DNA from: a virus
Taxonomy: Duplodnaviria > Caudoviricetes
Reading direction: 5' to 3' (one strand)
IMG/VR virus record: IMGVR_UViG_3300028591_000150
Span: 1 to 64,000 of that record
DNA length: 64,000 nucleotides
Shown here: positions 37,001-47,097 of the stretch, one piece after another
How positions within the stretch are numbered: position 1 is the first letter of the stretch
How the letters are laid out: each line of letters opens with the position of its first letter
The notes under the pieces: generated by a model
What the model saw: only the letters and a program-made list of their open reading frames with translations
What the model was told of the DNA's origin: nothing
The model's database searches: none
Program-made: the position numbers and the translations under genes

Positions 37001-40000
37001 TCGGCTCATACATCAGCTCGATAAGGTCGAACAGCACATTGTAATAGCCTTCATACAGAATCCTCTCGTTGTCTATGTCGCCAGTCATGGCCACATCCGC
37101 AGCCTTGTCTCCGGCATACGGGTGCATTCTGTCGATGTAGTAAGGCTTCGACTGCAAGCCGCTGTTGTCGGTAGCAAGTGTCGTGTCAACGTCGTCCTGG
37201 TGCAGCTCAAACAAATGTGTCGCTGGGTCGAGGACGTAATACGTGTTCTTCGAGCAGTTGTCCGTTCCTGCTATGAAATGGTTCTGGAAACAGTAGTGGA
37301 ATTTCAGTGAGTTCACTTTGAAATAGCTGCCGATGTTCGCACGGGCGTCTGCGACAACCGCATCGACGAAAACGCTGTTCACCAGTTCGGACTGGTTCTT
37401 CTCCGATGCCGTCAGCGCATTCCATGCAGATGCCGTCATTGCGTCTGTGCGCATGTCAATCTGCGCATACTGGGTGCCGTTCCAGAGACCTGCGTCCACC
37501 CACTCTCCGTCCGTGTAGTCGTAGCGCTTCAGAATGTAGTCTCCAGTTGACGTCACGCCCTCCTTGCGGCACCAATACTTGTTTGCCGTGTTCACTCTTG
37601 AACGTGCAAGCTCGATGCGCTCACGTTCTTCTTGCGTAGTGTCTGCCGTGATTTCAAGTTTGGCGTAGTCGGCATCGACCATGAACTCTGCCAGACTTCC
37701 GTTGTAGTGGCGTATTCTCGGTGCGTGCAGATAAAGGAAATTCCATGCAGCCTTGATATACCCTACGATGGCTGAAGACGGATAGCCTGCATCGTCCGTC
37801 TTGCCTCCGTCGAAGTCAAGACACTTCTCGGTACTGCCTCCTGCAATGCGATAATAGAACGCCTCTTCTTCGGGGTCGTAGAACACCTTTGCAGGGCTGT
37901 TTCCGTGCGCTTCATCATCCCAAGGCACACGCATGTCAGTCAGCTGCTTGTCGTTGTCCGCTCCCTCTATCATGCAGAAATCGGGGTGCGCTGACTTCAC
38001 ATAGCCCCAAGAGGGCTTGTCCATCTTGCCTGCGCCGAAAGCGCAAGGGCCACGGAACACCGCTCTGTTGGAGCCTTCCGCCTGCGTGAAGAAGAGGAAC
38101 GGCTCGGTATGCTTTGCAACGACTGCTCCAGGAACGTCCAGCTGCATCTTGTTCTTGCCGACAATGGCCGTATGCAGTTCGTTGTACAGCCAGTTGATGC
38201 CGATAAGGTGCGACTGCATGGAGCTTGCATAGTTGATTTTATTGACAAGCTTCTGTGCCATAGGAATACCCTCTGCCACTTGGTAGCCTTGACCACGATA
38301 CTTGCCATTGCCGTCTATCCAACCATCGGGAACCACGATTGAAGACTCCGTGCCGTGATAGGGCTGTGCAGACTCCGTAGAGAGAGGGAAGTTCTTGCCG
38401 AGGAAACCGCCTTTCAGCATCCATGCGCCCGTCTCTCCGGTCGGGTTGTCGTCGCCATCCTTCCAGACATAAGCCGCATTCCATGTCGCAGTAATGGAGC
38501 TGTGCAGGTCAGACGGGGCAATCGTGATTGTGGCCGTCACATCTTTGATACTGACTTGGATATTATGGTAATAGTACGTCTTTGCCGTTGTACCCTGCGC
38601 TTTTTGAGGAACACTCTTTGTCTGTTCGCATATCTTGCCAGACAACTCTGGAAGATAGTTGCCCTCGCTGTCATAGCGACGCATTTCGAGCCATCCTGTC
38701 TCGCCCTTGTAGGCATTCTCGTGATACGGCTCGTTGCCGTGCCAGATAAGGACGTTCTTCTTGATGCCCGTCACGGAACCTTCGCCAGTTATGTAGTCCA
38801 AGCCAATCAGACCAGTGTTCGGGTCTATGATGCTGTTCACGGCCTTCAAGCGACGTTTCTTGTCGCTGTTGGGGATAGTGGAGATGTAGTCCTGCAGCAC
38901 CTGCTCTGGCGTGAGCGCAGTGCCCTCCCATATCCTTATGCCGTATATGTCGATGTCTGCACCGTCCTGCCCGAACACCATTCCACCGTTGCTCATAGCA
39001 CCCGTGCAGAACTCGGAGGAATTGGGCGAATAGACGAACTCCCTGTTGATGATGCCGTTGATGAACACCCTCACAAGGGAGAATGAGCCTTGCGACTGAG
39101 ACACCTTGTCTGCCGTCACCAGCGCATCACCATGCGCATTCGGATAGACGGCATTCACGATGTTGATTGCAATGTGCGTCCTGACATCCTCCTGCCAACG
39201 GAAATCACTTTCCTCTATTGAGTTCCAGCTCTCCGTTGTCATGTAGCCGACCATCGGCAGAAGGCGCAATCCTTGCCAGACACCGCCGACCTGCTCTGCA
39301 AGCTTCAATATCGGGTCGTCCTCGTTCGTCACATTCCTGATGCAGACGTCAAACTCCATGTTCAAGGACGAGTTGGGCGACCGGTACAGCAGCGCCAACG
39401 GATTGTACTGAATATTCAACAGCCTGCCTGCTGGCACACGGAGGCACGACTCGCCGTTGTCGTCTTTGACATAGCCGTCCTCGAGGCCGAGACGGAAGTT
39501 CTGCCATGTGCTTTGCACAACCGCATTGTTGTTCTTGGCGTTCAAGATAGTCTTCGGGTTCGCCTCGTCATTGTTCCTCTGCTTCGGGTTAAGTAAGAAT
39601 GTGGAGCCTGCAGTCGGCTGGAAGCCTCCCGTATTGTCAACACTGACGAAGATATTGCCGCTTCCTGTACTTTCCTCCAAGAAATCCTTTGTCACGCCAT
39701 TGTCGTCGCGAGTGGCGTGCAGGAAAGCAGAAAGCGTGTCGCCCTCCTGCTCAATCTCGACAGTCATGTCCAGATAATACTTAGTGCCTGGAACTGGATT
39801 GACAAACAAACTCGAATAGATAGTCTGCTGAGAGGACAAGATGTTGTTCGCAGAGTTGGTCAGCAGGAACGTCATAGGAACGGACGGGCCAGAGTTTACA
39901 ATATCTCCGTCATTATTCACAACGGGCGAATAAACGGCATACGCAAGAAGCCTTGTCTGAACAAAGTTCTCCACTACCTCCTTCATTTCCGAAATGAGAA

Positions 40001-41075
40001 GCATCGGTTGCATGACATTCTCGGCCGAGGACTTGACGACCATGATGTTCACGACAAGATGCTCGCTTTCCAGCTCGCCGGTCGTCGAATTGCCTGCCGT
40101 AAGCCACGCCTCCAGCTTCTTGATGCCGTGCGTGAGGAATCCGTATGCAGACTGCTCCAACAGATTGAACGCGACAGATGTCTGCGCAGCCGTAATCGGT
40201 TGTGTCGTTTCGTACGTACCTGCGCTGCCAGTGACCTCCAAGTGAAATTCCCTTGCCACCATGCCACGTACCGTATATGTGAACGCCAGCGAAGACGGAT
40301 CGACCTGCGTCTCCTGCCATGCAGTAGCCATCTCGAGTGTCAGCGTCACGCTATTGATACTGAGAATGAGCGGCGTTGTGCCGAGTGTCTTGTGCTCGCC
40401 TTCGTTATTCGTGTAATCGAATGTGGCACGAAGCCTTATGTAATTCATGCTGCCTTCAAGCAGAAGACCTTTGAGGTCAAGAGTGACCGGATAGCCCGTT
40501 GTCTCGCTGCTTGCGGGAATGGTCATTGTGCGTATCTGCGCCCAACCGGAAGTTCCGTTCGGACTGCGCTCAACTATGAGAGTGCCGTTGCCAGACATCG
40601 GCTCTTGGGTGGATGTCGCAGCAATGATATGCGTGGCATTGAATCGAAGAGGTATCTCGAACGAATCCCCGTCATTGACAAGGTATTGGATTGCCGTCGA
40701 GCGACTGGTTGACAACGTGCCGATGAAGCTGTCAACTGATGCTGTGGAAATGGGGATTGTGAGGTCTTTAATTACAAGTTCCAATCCTGCTATCGGGTCT
40801 TCGTCATAGACGGCTGCATCGCTTGCACTCGCGAAGCAGAGGATGTGGACAAAGTTGTTCTCGTCCGGCTCCGTTGTACGGAAATCACCGAACTTGCCTC
40901 TAAACTGGGATTTAATGAAGCGCTCTACCTCACCCCTATTCATACCCCACTCCGATCCAGCAGGAACAGATGTACCATACACATTAACGGCACCACCAGT
41001 CTCGTTCTTTCCTCCCCAATCATCAGAAAGGCTGTTGAGTTTGTTGCTACCTTCGATAGTTACTTTCTTTGCCAT
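34020..41075 (-). CDS. Large tail fibre/receptor-binding protein with LamG-like, CotH-kinase-like, LRR and C-terminal C-type-lectin-like regions
   Basis: DIDIYGIRIW (LamG-like); DNCSKN...DDVDT (CotH-like); LxxLxLP repeats; YWCSTE...YIVRPF terminus. Confidence 0.75.
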   Translation of the reverse strand: MAKKVTIEGSNKLNSLSDDWGGKNETGGAVNVYGTSVPAGSEWGMNRGEVERFIKSQFRGKFGDFRTTEPDENNFVHILCFASASDAAVYDEDPIAGLELVIKDLTIPISTASVDSFIGTLSTSRSTAIQYLVNDGDSFEIPLRFNATHIIAATSTQEPMSGNGTLIVERSPNGTSGWAQIRTMTIPASSETTGYPVTLDLKGLLLEGSMNYIRLRATFDYTNNEGEHKTLGTTPLILSINSVTLTLEMATAWQETQVDPSSLAFTYTVRGMVAREFHLEVTGSAGTYETTQPITAAQTSVAFNLLEQSAYGFLTHGIKKLEAWLTAGNSTTGELESEHLVVNIMVVKSSAENVMQPMLLISEMKEVVENFVQTRLLAYAVYSPVVNNDGDIVNSGPSVPMTFLLTNSANNILSSQQTIYSSLFVNPVPGTKYYLDMTVEIEQEGDTLSAFLHATRDDNGVTKDFLEESTGSGNIFVSVDNTGGFQPTAGSTFLLNPKQRNNDEANPKTILNAKNNNAVVQSTWQNFRLGLEDGYVKDDNGESCLRVPAGRLLNIQYNPLALLYRSPNSSLNMEFDVCIRNVTNEDDPILKLAEQVGGVWQGLRLLPMVGYMTTESWNSIEESDFRWQEDVRTHIAINIVNAVYPNAHGDALVTADKVSQSQGSFSLVRVFINGIINREFVYSPNSSEFCTGAMSNGGMVFGQDGADIDIYGIRIWEGTALTPEQVLQDYISTIPNSDKKRRLKAVNSIIDPNTGLIGLDYITGEGSVTGIKKNVLIWHGNEPYHENAYKGETGWLEMRRYDSEGNYLPELSGKICEQTKSVPQKAQGTTAKTYYYHNIQVSIKDVTATITIAPSDLHSSITATWNAAYVWKDGDDNPTGETGAWMLKGGFLGKNFPLSTESAQPYHGTESSIVVPDGWIDGNGKYRGQGYQVAEGIPMAQKLVNKINYASSMQSHLIGINWLYNELHTAIVGKNKMQLDVPGAVVAKHTEPFLFFTQAEGSNRAVFRGPCAFGAGKMDKPSWGYVKSAHPDFCMIEGADNDKQLTDMRVPWDDEAHGNSPAKVFYDPEEEAFYYRIAGGSTEKCLDFDGGKTDDAGYPSSAIVGYIKAAWNFLYLHAPRIRHYNGSLAEFMVDADYAKLEITADTTQEERERIELARSRVNTANKYWCRKEGVTSTGDYILKRYDYTDGEWVDAGLWNGTQYAQIDMRTDAMTASAWNALTASEKNQSELVNSVFVDAVVADARANIGSYFKVNSLKFHYCFQNHFIAGTDNCSKNTYYVLDPATHLFELHQDDVDTTLATDNSGLQSKPYYIDRMHPYAGDKAADVAMTGDIDNERILYEGYYNVLFDLIELMYEPTGELQSMMRTILSTMASLTGGVGSEESNALNGVWRSLNRYLFDIQRYFPETVYNEAARIRYELPELIGFLSDVRRVRPIKQSLGDQLQSEMQFMKRRLVYMASYAAFGEFTAVGLRGGSLTGLEGASEGFGMTPYPLPGSSSPSTYVFHLVPHQWIYPTGSRQTNNLEDPHVRVAPGATNMPNGYFPLDISVGETSDQGCTILGLNYYREIGNVGDMVANNGQANFTLNGRRLTKFVCEPTLFYTDQQLPAFRVNNIIIGTATRLKEFNVKGAVIGTGTLNLSALTVCESIDLRDTGISQVRVPETSTLQTLKLPASLTALSLTAQANLSSLTMQGYAALTQLVITGSPLVGGSVMENIVLSTREAGAQLSLLRLAHIKWPASNPVQASAIRWLLDLADNAVCELVGHDHTGEVSVVPDIYVDSGIANVITFEDVKRLIDHFGDIRSEQNGLYISFRTYNIDSGSVNIEGKKYINTNPSSPTYDLDENMNYNGLSVSVSGNGNDVGVTTDASGKVVPNVKWELVELQDGEWVATTSSYAEFTNMYSPVISILSVIPSGSRPSINVRVTITNLDNSTVSVVSKVGLWRRIPEVGDFAWTDGEFDNQNDVSKKLAGLVIRKTAVEVDGSTVYDLDIISSADTTFPTSLVATGYEDTWGLFADSAQTGGFSSAKTNGAYNDSLLEAIRQALQSWTKPSDVAYAISNNFKTEIFDTPLRNWGGYIVIRKDAAAVSAAGSGYAMQDVNGADGYAASANAEINNFDMKEENAVLISYANAMLKAIFQYLGISQEDYNDIRLSGGCDSEGIPLTTQGLRGIADLVVQKASEPPYNATRPARYRLFMFMAARRCNVWCPADIDGAMIDESKLHENYKRGNWMLPSTGIMARVYNFFGNSKSGYNTNYGAVSENYANENIELEAQLPLFANAIARGRDVVYPYVSSGHHWLSAVSANSVYWCSTEFHSTYGCYVNFGNALVNGTVKNYNYIVRPFTTFRFVP

Positions 41076-41095
41076 ATTATCTTGTCTTTAATTTT

Positions 41096-41200
41096 TTACC
41101 ACGATTCACTTCTAAACCAACCCTCACTACGGAACCAAGCAGACACATATTCTGCAACGGCTGCGGCCATCATCATCAGCCTTCTTCTGAATGTACTCAT
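41096..41200 (-). CDS. 34-aa peptide MSTFRRRLMM...WFRSEGWFRSESW
   Basis: ATGA overlap with upstream stop; fills the gap before the tail fibre gene. Confidence 0.6.
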   Translation of the reverse strand: MSTFRRRLMMMAAAVAEYVSAWFRSEGWFRSESW

Positions 41201-42174
41201 AACGTCCTTTCTGCCTTGCGTGCGGCTGCATAAAGAGTTTTGCTGATATTTGCGAGCTTTGCCTTTATCTTCTGGCGGCTTATGTCGCTCCACTTGTTAG
41301 GCCCTTGTAGATGCTGATAGCCTATCTTATCGGCAACGACATTGGGATTGTGCATAGGAACGAGTGTCACTGCATTGTAGCCTCTGCTCATGTAGGAAAG
41401 ATTCACCTGCTCCAAGATGAAGTCAAACAGAAGGCATGCGCCTTTGTCTTTCTTTCTGTACTCTTCGAAACATTGTTTCGTGTAGATATTCAGAGCAGCA
41501 AAATAGTTGTCGAAATACTCACACGCAAGCGACGGGTTATTGAAACCTATCGTTCCAGTATTGATACTACCCCTCCATTCGGGATATGTTGAAGCTGGAT
41601 AGCCGATTGCACGCATTGCTTGTATCTTATCTTTATGATTGCAAAGATGCCCATAGTCTTCTTCCTGCTGACATAACACATCTATACTCTTGTCTTCATA
41701 GAACTTATCAATGACACCAGGCTTCTTCAAGAACACGTCTATGTCAATGTGAACCTTACCGACTCTGCCTTCTTCTCGCATGGCAAAGAACTTGCCTGCT
41801 GCAAATAAATCAGACGGAACGCTGTCTGGTATCATATCCAAAGTGGTCAAAAGCTTGTCATATCCGTAATTCTTCAACAACTTCGCTCCGTACGAGTCTG
41901 TGTGCATGTGTACCTTATAGCCACTTCTGTGGGCATAAGCAAGGCTGAGGGCTGCGAGATATAGTGTATCACGCATCCTATGTTTCTTTTCAAGTGAAGC
42001 TGTATTGCCATAACCTACGGAACAATCGACCTGCTCCATTATAGGCTTCGTCCAAAGGCTTTGAATGACCACATACTTCTTCGCTTCTGCAGGAGTAGAA
42101 TCACCTGCTCCAAAATTGCCGATAGTTCCATAATAATACGGACTGGCTGCATACTCATTCTTGTGTTCTGACAT
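41197..42174 (-). CDS. GT-A-like glycosyltransferase (DUF6734-like)
   Basis: HTDSYG, FAAGK, VHIDIDVFL DxD motif, EQ...YQHL. Confidence 0.65.
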   Translation of the reverse strand: MSEHKNEYAASPYYYGTIGNFGAGDSTPAEAKKYVVIQSLWTKPIMEQVDCSVGYGNTASLEKKHRMRDTLYLAALSLAYAHRSGYKVHMHTDSYGAKLLKNYGYDKLLTTLDMIPDSVPSDLFAAGKFFAMREEGRVGKVHIDIDVFLKKPGVIDKFYEDKSIDVLCQQEEDYGHLCNHKDKIQAMRAIGYPASTYPEWRGSINTGTIGFNNPSLACEYFDNYFAALNIYTKQCFEEYRKKDKGACLLFDFILEQVNLSYMSRGYNAVTLVPMHNPNVVADKIGYQHLQGPNKWSDISRQKIKAKLANISKTLYAAARKAERTL

Positions 42175-42186
42175 ATCTTTTCAATT

Positions 42187-42885
42187 TTAATCGTCCCAAT
42201 TTCCAATTTCGTTATAGTAGTTTACCTCATCATCGTCAATATCTGGTTCTGTCGGAGTTTCAATAATCTCCGCTTCGCCCTCCCACCTTGCTGCAATAGC
42301 AAGATTGTTCACGATGCTCACTTGGTAAGTATATCCTTCCTCCCACTCCAATTCTTCTACCCAAATGACACCATTCGGAAGTGTAATGGAGAAGCCACTA
42401 TCGGCCACCATAAACTGTAGCAGGAACTCGTTTACCTTGCCACTCGCTGCACCCGTAAACGATGTGATTTCAAGCGAGTCAATACCCTCCCACACATGAA
42501 GTACGTTCGGGTTTATGGAAAGCTCTGTGTCTGACGAAGCGTGTAGAACTATCGGCATCGCAATATCAGCACCAGTAATATGACGTGCAGCTGCAATCGC
42601 CAACGCCCTCACTCTTGCTTGGAAGAAGGAAGTAGGAACACCATTCGACAGACGGGCCATAGGAATAGAGGCATTATCAGCATCAAGTGCGCTGTCTTCA
42701 ATCAATGGAACATCGCCATCGGGACCATTGTCTTCAATAGCCGCACCATAGTTTTGCATATAGCTCATTACAGCTTGCGATATCGCCTCCGCGGTTATAT
42801 TCCCCAAACGCTCTGCGATGTGCGCATCCATGTAGTCGCTGATATACTCGTCCAGTTCTTCTGTTGTCGTTGGAAAATCTGCCAT
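42187..42885 (-). CDS. Tail-fibre-associated structural protein
   Basis: C-terminal beta domain ITLPNGVIW...GYTYQVSIVNN. Confidence 0.6.
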   Translation of the reverse strand: MADFPTTTEELDEYISDYMDAHIAERLGNITAEAISQAVMSYMQNYGAAIEDNGPDGDVPLIEDSALDADNASIPMARLSNGVPTSFFQARVRALAIAAARHITGADIAMPIVLHASSDTELSINPNVLHVWEGIDSLEITSFTGAASGKVNEFLLQFMVADSGFSITLPNGVIWVEELEWEEGYTYQVSIVNNLAIAARWEGEAEIIETPTEPDIDDDEVNYYNEIGNWDD

Positions 42886-42899
42886 AGTAATACTTGTTT

Positions 42900-43193
42900 T
42901 TAAGAAATGCCGTTATCATTGCCAGCGAGTAATGCGTTCAAGTGACGCTTTACAGCTGCGATATAGTTGCACTCGTTGATAACCCTCAACATAGGCTGAA
43001 CATACTGGTCTGGAACCTCAACTATGCCATCAGAGAAATAGATTTTACGCGCCAATTCCTCAAACCCTATATCCATAATCACAGATCCGTTATACATCAT
43101 GTCATTGCCGAGTACCTTTGCGATATTCAGCACTCTCTTCGTACCATCAAAACTGACCTGTACTTCCATTTTCGTAAAGTCTATTTTCTTCAT
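42900..43193 (-). CDS. Hypothetical protein (possible fibre chaperone)
   Basis: 97 aa, follows tail gene. Confidence 0.65.
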   Translation of the reverse strand: MKKIDFTKMEVQVSFDGTKRVLNIAKVLGNDMMYNGSVIMDIGFEELARKIYFSDGIVEVPDQYVQPMLRVINECNYIAAVKRHLNALLAGNDNGIS

Positions 43194-43213
43194 TGCTATC
43201 TGTTTTATTGTTT

Positions 43214-46200
43214 CTATTCTAAAGTATCTATCTCTTGAATATAGTAGTTAGTGCCGTCATAGCATAGGCAAACTATGGCCACATCACCTTGGTTCATACT
43301 CCAATCATTGCTTCCCCATTGGCTAATGTCATGGTCGTATATTGGCGACGAAGCTGTTATATAAAATTTTGCAGTACCTTTACATGCAATTATTGTTAGT
43401 CGAACGCAAAAATGTTCTTCACTTCCCAAACCTAATTGCTGCTGAACATCTGACAACTCGGGCATGTAGAAAGTACCACTTGCAGTACATTTTACTAAAA
43501 AGGTTGTTCCAAGAGTTAAATTAAAAGTGTTGACATTATATGGTTCGACTCCAGTATAATACAAATATCTCCCTTTTTCTATCACTCCACCATGCGCTTG
43601 CAACGCTCCGTCTAATCGCAAAGCGACATTAGCAAAGCCGACGTTATCGGAATGTATTCTTACGGCAGGTTTATACATGTCATGGTCTTTGCTTGATGCC
43701 ATTCTACGATATATGTACATTGCGCTGTCACATAAATAATCACTTCTGTTTTCGTATGGGTCTGAATCTTTTCCAATAAATACTTTCAGACTTGCAATTT
43801 CATTGCCAGAATAGCTAATTCTCTGTCCAAGACGGAAAGACGATTCATGAAGGTAAGCAAAGTTGTTACTTGAAGTTTTCCAGTTGTCTATAATGCCACA
43901 ATACAAGCCATCATCACCGATATGGAACGGCCCAATTATCCCTTGATTGGCTGTAATCTTTCCTTCTATGTCAACATTCTGTGCCCTTAGACCATTTATA
44001 TAAGCATTCTGCGCTGTCAAACCATTTATGGTCGCATTTGTTATGACGGCATCATCTGCGTGAAGCGCTCCAGAAGTTGATTCAATCCAAATCTTTGGGC
44101 TCTGCAATGTACCAGCAGAATTTTGGAACGTTACTTTATCTCCACGTAGTTCTATGCTACGATTGTCACCGCTTATGTTTATACCAGTCTCTCCAAGCTT
44201 GTTTATGATAGCCAAGGATATGTCGTCTGCAGTCTGCAAGATAAGACTCAACGACTGATCAAGGATAGGAGCATCAAACTCTGTGACAGACGTACCTTTC
44301 TCCAACTGAGGGAAACGTATCTTTGGAGCTATCACATACAACGTGTAGTTTCCACTTAAAGCTTCGGTTATCTGAATAACCGCAGCACATTCCCTACGTT
44401 CCGCTCCGCTGTTTGTGGTTATGGGTATCGAGTTTGAAGAATTTTTCAAATAGCATGTAATCGAGGGATAGTCAACAGCAGGCGTTCCAGTCTCTGATAC
44501 TGCAATAGAATGCAAAGACAGCATATACGATTCAGCTGCAAGAGAAATACCTTCTAAAGCAAAGCAATTATCATCTGGCGAGTTTTTGATAAACCAACTA
44601 TCTTCGTCAACTGATATATCGCCAGACGGAGTAAAAGTGCCATTATCCCAAACACCACTCTTCCAACCATTACCAGTCAACACACCATTGAGTATGTTTC
44701 TCGCCAAGGTGTTTTGGGAAACCATAGACATCAATCCTGCAGCAGTCTGTATCAGTTGTGATATGTTACCCTCTGCATCACTGACACGGGTTTCAATGCC
44801 GTTTATATCAACCTTCAAAGTTGACTTCGACTCATCATTCAAGCCTCTGTCTTCCCATCCTGTCTGTGTAGCGACGAACCGATGCCCATTCGACTGATTG
44901 ATATAGTAATCGCCTGGATCCGCCTTATACGAAGTCCATGTGATGCCACCTCCGGAAGGAATGCCTGTAATTGGATTTATGACAGCAGGCTCCACGTGAC
45001 ATATTTTGAGTGCATTGTCAGTTGCGATATTGTTATACACAAGTAGCACAATAGCGCCATCCGTAGCCATCCCGGTTGACTGGCCTGGAATGTTGTCATA
45101 CCTATAGGCCAATCCTTTGTATCTCTCGTTATAAAGTTCTTCTCCAGTCATTCCGTTGTCAGTTGTAACAACAAAAGACGGGGCAACAAACTTGTTACCT
45201 GCGACTGGACTGATTCTTGTGCGCTCCTTGCCGTTTAGACTCCAATCAATAGATGTGCCATCCGTATAGCCGACACCGAGCATTTCTCTGATGCAAGGTG
45301 CGTCACTACCAACAGTCTCTATCGTAATGAGGTTAGACAAACTTCTGTCTAACCAGTCTCCATAGCATACGATATTGTCAAGTGCCTCTGGTCTGTCGCT
45401 ACCCGTGAGATAAAGCTGAACATCGTTTTCGTCTGTGTAGTTCGCAAGGTCGATGTAGTTATGCGTCAGTCCGTCTTCGAGGATATGGTTCGGCTTGGTA
45501 TAGTCTTGTTTTGTCACAGCCGTTTCGGTTGCAGTCACAGCCCTCCAATACAATTTGTTCGTGACGTTCATTCCGTACCATGTGCCAGACTGGGTGCCGC
45601 TACCTTGTGACTGATCGAATGTCTGACATCTTGCCAACATGCCGACTCTCCATGTGTTGATTGTCCTTGTAGTGCCATCATCGGCCTTTATCCAGCATCG
45701 GAATATATCTACCTTATCCCAATCTTCTGCGCTCATTGTGGAGCGAACCATTTTTTTTCTGCTGAGTATCTTGCCTACTAACGACAATGGAACAAGTCGA
45801 AGAACCCAAGGCACTTTGATATACTCATACCCGAGCACCTCCTCTCCGACAATCTCATCTCCATCTTTTATGAGGTGTATATAGTCCACTTCCTCGATGA
45901 TGCTTGCAGCAGGCGAGAACACATAGTTTCCTGCCATTGCAACGAACTTGCGGACTTCAAGTTCATTGAAAACGGCCTTCATTCTGACAAACAGATTATC
46001 GACAACCAACCTTGAATTGCCGTTGCCATCATCATCAGTAAGCTGCCAGCCAGTACCGAACATTGAATCTCCACCGCTAAAGTTAAGACTCTGCAATGTC
46101 TTTGTAAGAATGTTCTTTGCCACACGGAGAATGCCGCCTATGACACCACTTTCTGACACCTCCAATCCAAGATTCTTGCGTGTCGCATTGTCAATATCCG

Positions 46201-47047
46201 TTGTCGTGGCACCGCTAGTTCCCAGAGCCTTCAATGAACGTGCAACAATGTCACCATCCTCAGAAAAACCGAACAGTCCTGATGCCTTAACCCACAGGCC
46301 TTTCACAAAACCTATCAGCCCCGTTGCTTGGTCGTCAGCATCCTTGCGAAGATAGTGTTGTGTGACGAAATTAGGAGTGGCGACCAATGTGTCGCTGTCA
46401 ACATTATCAGTAGAGGCTGTTGCGACGCCTTTAAGTTCGTGGTCGCCAAGGAAAAGATTCTCGAAGAATGAGCCTGCATTCATCACAATCTTTTTCAGGA
46501 ACGTCACAGTGTTACTCACCTTCGAGTATGAGTACCAGTCGGTTTCGGACATATTCATTATGTCCTCGTATGTACCAAGAGAACCCCATGTGATTTCCTG
46601 CGTCCATTCGCGCTTCAAAACCCCGCTATTGATGACTGGCGCACTGATGATGCCCTGCAGCCATATATAAAAATAATCACTGGAGCCTATCTGCTCGTCA
46701 TTGGCGTTCACACCATAGATGTCTATCTTTTCACTTGGAAAGACAATAACGGCTTGTGTGCTGAAACTAGACCTGCGAGGGATAGCTGCATAGACATACT
46801 TTTGGGTATCGCTATTGAAATACGTCGGGGATATGACAAGCGGCCATCGTTTCGGATTTCTCCCATTGTCAAGTCCAAGCCCATCGCCATTTGCACCACC
46901 CGGTGTAACCGACTCTATATAGCAGGATATGACAGCTCCGCTTGCTACGCTTCCCTGTATGCGATTTTCGTTGCCAAGCGCATTCAAAGTTATGTTGACA
47001 GCGTTTGGCGCTATCCAGTAATTATTTATTTTGGCTTCAATTCCCAT
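43214..47047 (-). CDS. Tail tip/central fibre protein
   Basis: 1277 aa; LVVDNLFVRMKAVFNELEV motif, coiled coil and beta-helix-like repeats. Confidence 0.75.
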   Translation of the reverse strand: MGIEAKINNYWIAPNAVNITLNALGNENRIQGSVASGAVISCYIESVTPGGANGDGLGLDNGRNPKRWPLVISPTYFNSDTQKYVYAAIPRRSSFSTQAVIVFPSEKIDIYGVNANDEQIGSSDYFYIWLQGIISAPVINSGVLKREWTQEITWGSLGTYEDIMNMSETDWYSYSKVSNTVTFLKKIVMNAGSFFENLFLGDHELKGVATASTDNVDSDTLVATPNFVTQHYLRKDADDQATGLIGFVKGLWVKASGLFGFSEDGDIVARSLKALGTSGATTTDIDNATRKNLGLEVSESGVIGGILRVAKNILTKTLQSLNFSGGDSMFGTGWQLTDDDGNGNSRLVVDNLFVRMKAVFNELEVRKFVAMAGNYVFSPAASIIEEVDYIHLIKDGDEIVGEEVLGYEYIKVPWVLRLVPLSLVGKILSRKKMVRSTMSAEDWDKVDIFRCWIKADDGTTRTINTWRVGMLARCQTFDQSQGSGTQSGTWYGMNVTNKLYWRAVTATETAVTKQDYTKPNHILEDGLTHNYIDLANYTDENDVQLYLTGSDRPEALDNIVCYGDWLDRSLSNLITIETVGSDAPCIREMLGVGYTDGTSIDWSLNGKERTRISPVAGNKFVAPSFVVTTDNGMTGEELYNERYKGLAYRYDNIPGQSTGMATDGAIVLLVYNNIATDNALKICHVEPAVINPITGIPSGGGITWTSYKADPGDYYINQSNGHRFVATQTGWEDRGLNDESKSTLKVDINGIETRVSDAEGNISQLIQTAAGLMSMVSQNTLARNILNGVLTGNGWKSGVWDNGTFTPSGDISVDEDSWFIKNSPDDNCFALEGISLAAESYMLSLHSIAVSETGTPAVDYPSITCYLKNSSNSIPITTNSGAERRECAAVIQITEALSGNYTLYVIAPKIRFPQLEKGTSVTEFDAPILDQSLSLILQTADDISLAIINKLGETGINISGDNRSIELRGDKVTFQNSAGTLQSPKIWIESTSGALHADDAVITNATINGLTAQNAYINGLRAQNVDIEGKITANQGIIGPFHIGDDGLYCGIIDNWKTSSNNFAYLHESSFRLGQRISYSGNEIASLKVFIGKDSDPYENRSDYLCDSAMYIYRRMASSKDHDMYKPAVRIHSDNVGFANVALRLDGALQAHGGVIEKGRYLYYTGVEPYNVNTFNLTLGTTFLVKCTASGTFYMPELSDVQQQLGLGSEEHFCVRLTIIACKGTAKFYITASSPIYDHDISQWGSNDWSMNQGDVAIVCLCYDGTNYYIQEIDTLE
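44922..45109. repeat. 188-bp direct repeat, copy 1 (partner 47678..47865)
   Basis: About 14 mismatches by hand alignment; same 63-aa module in both genes. Confidence 0.9.
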
Positions 47048-47097
47048 TAGATTTCTCCGTTATTATCGTTTGCCCGATTTCATTATTACGTTTGCCG

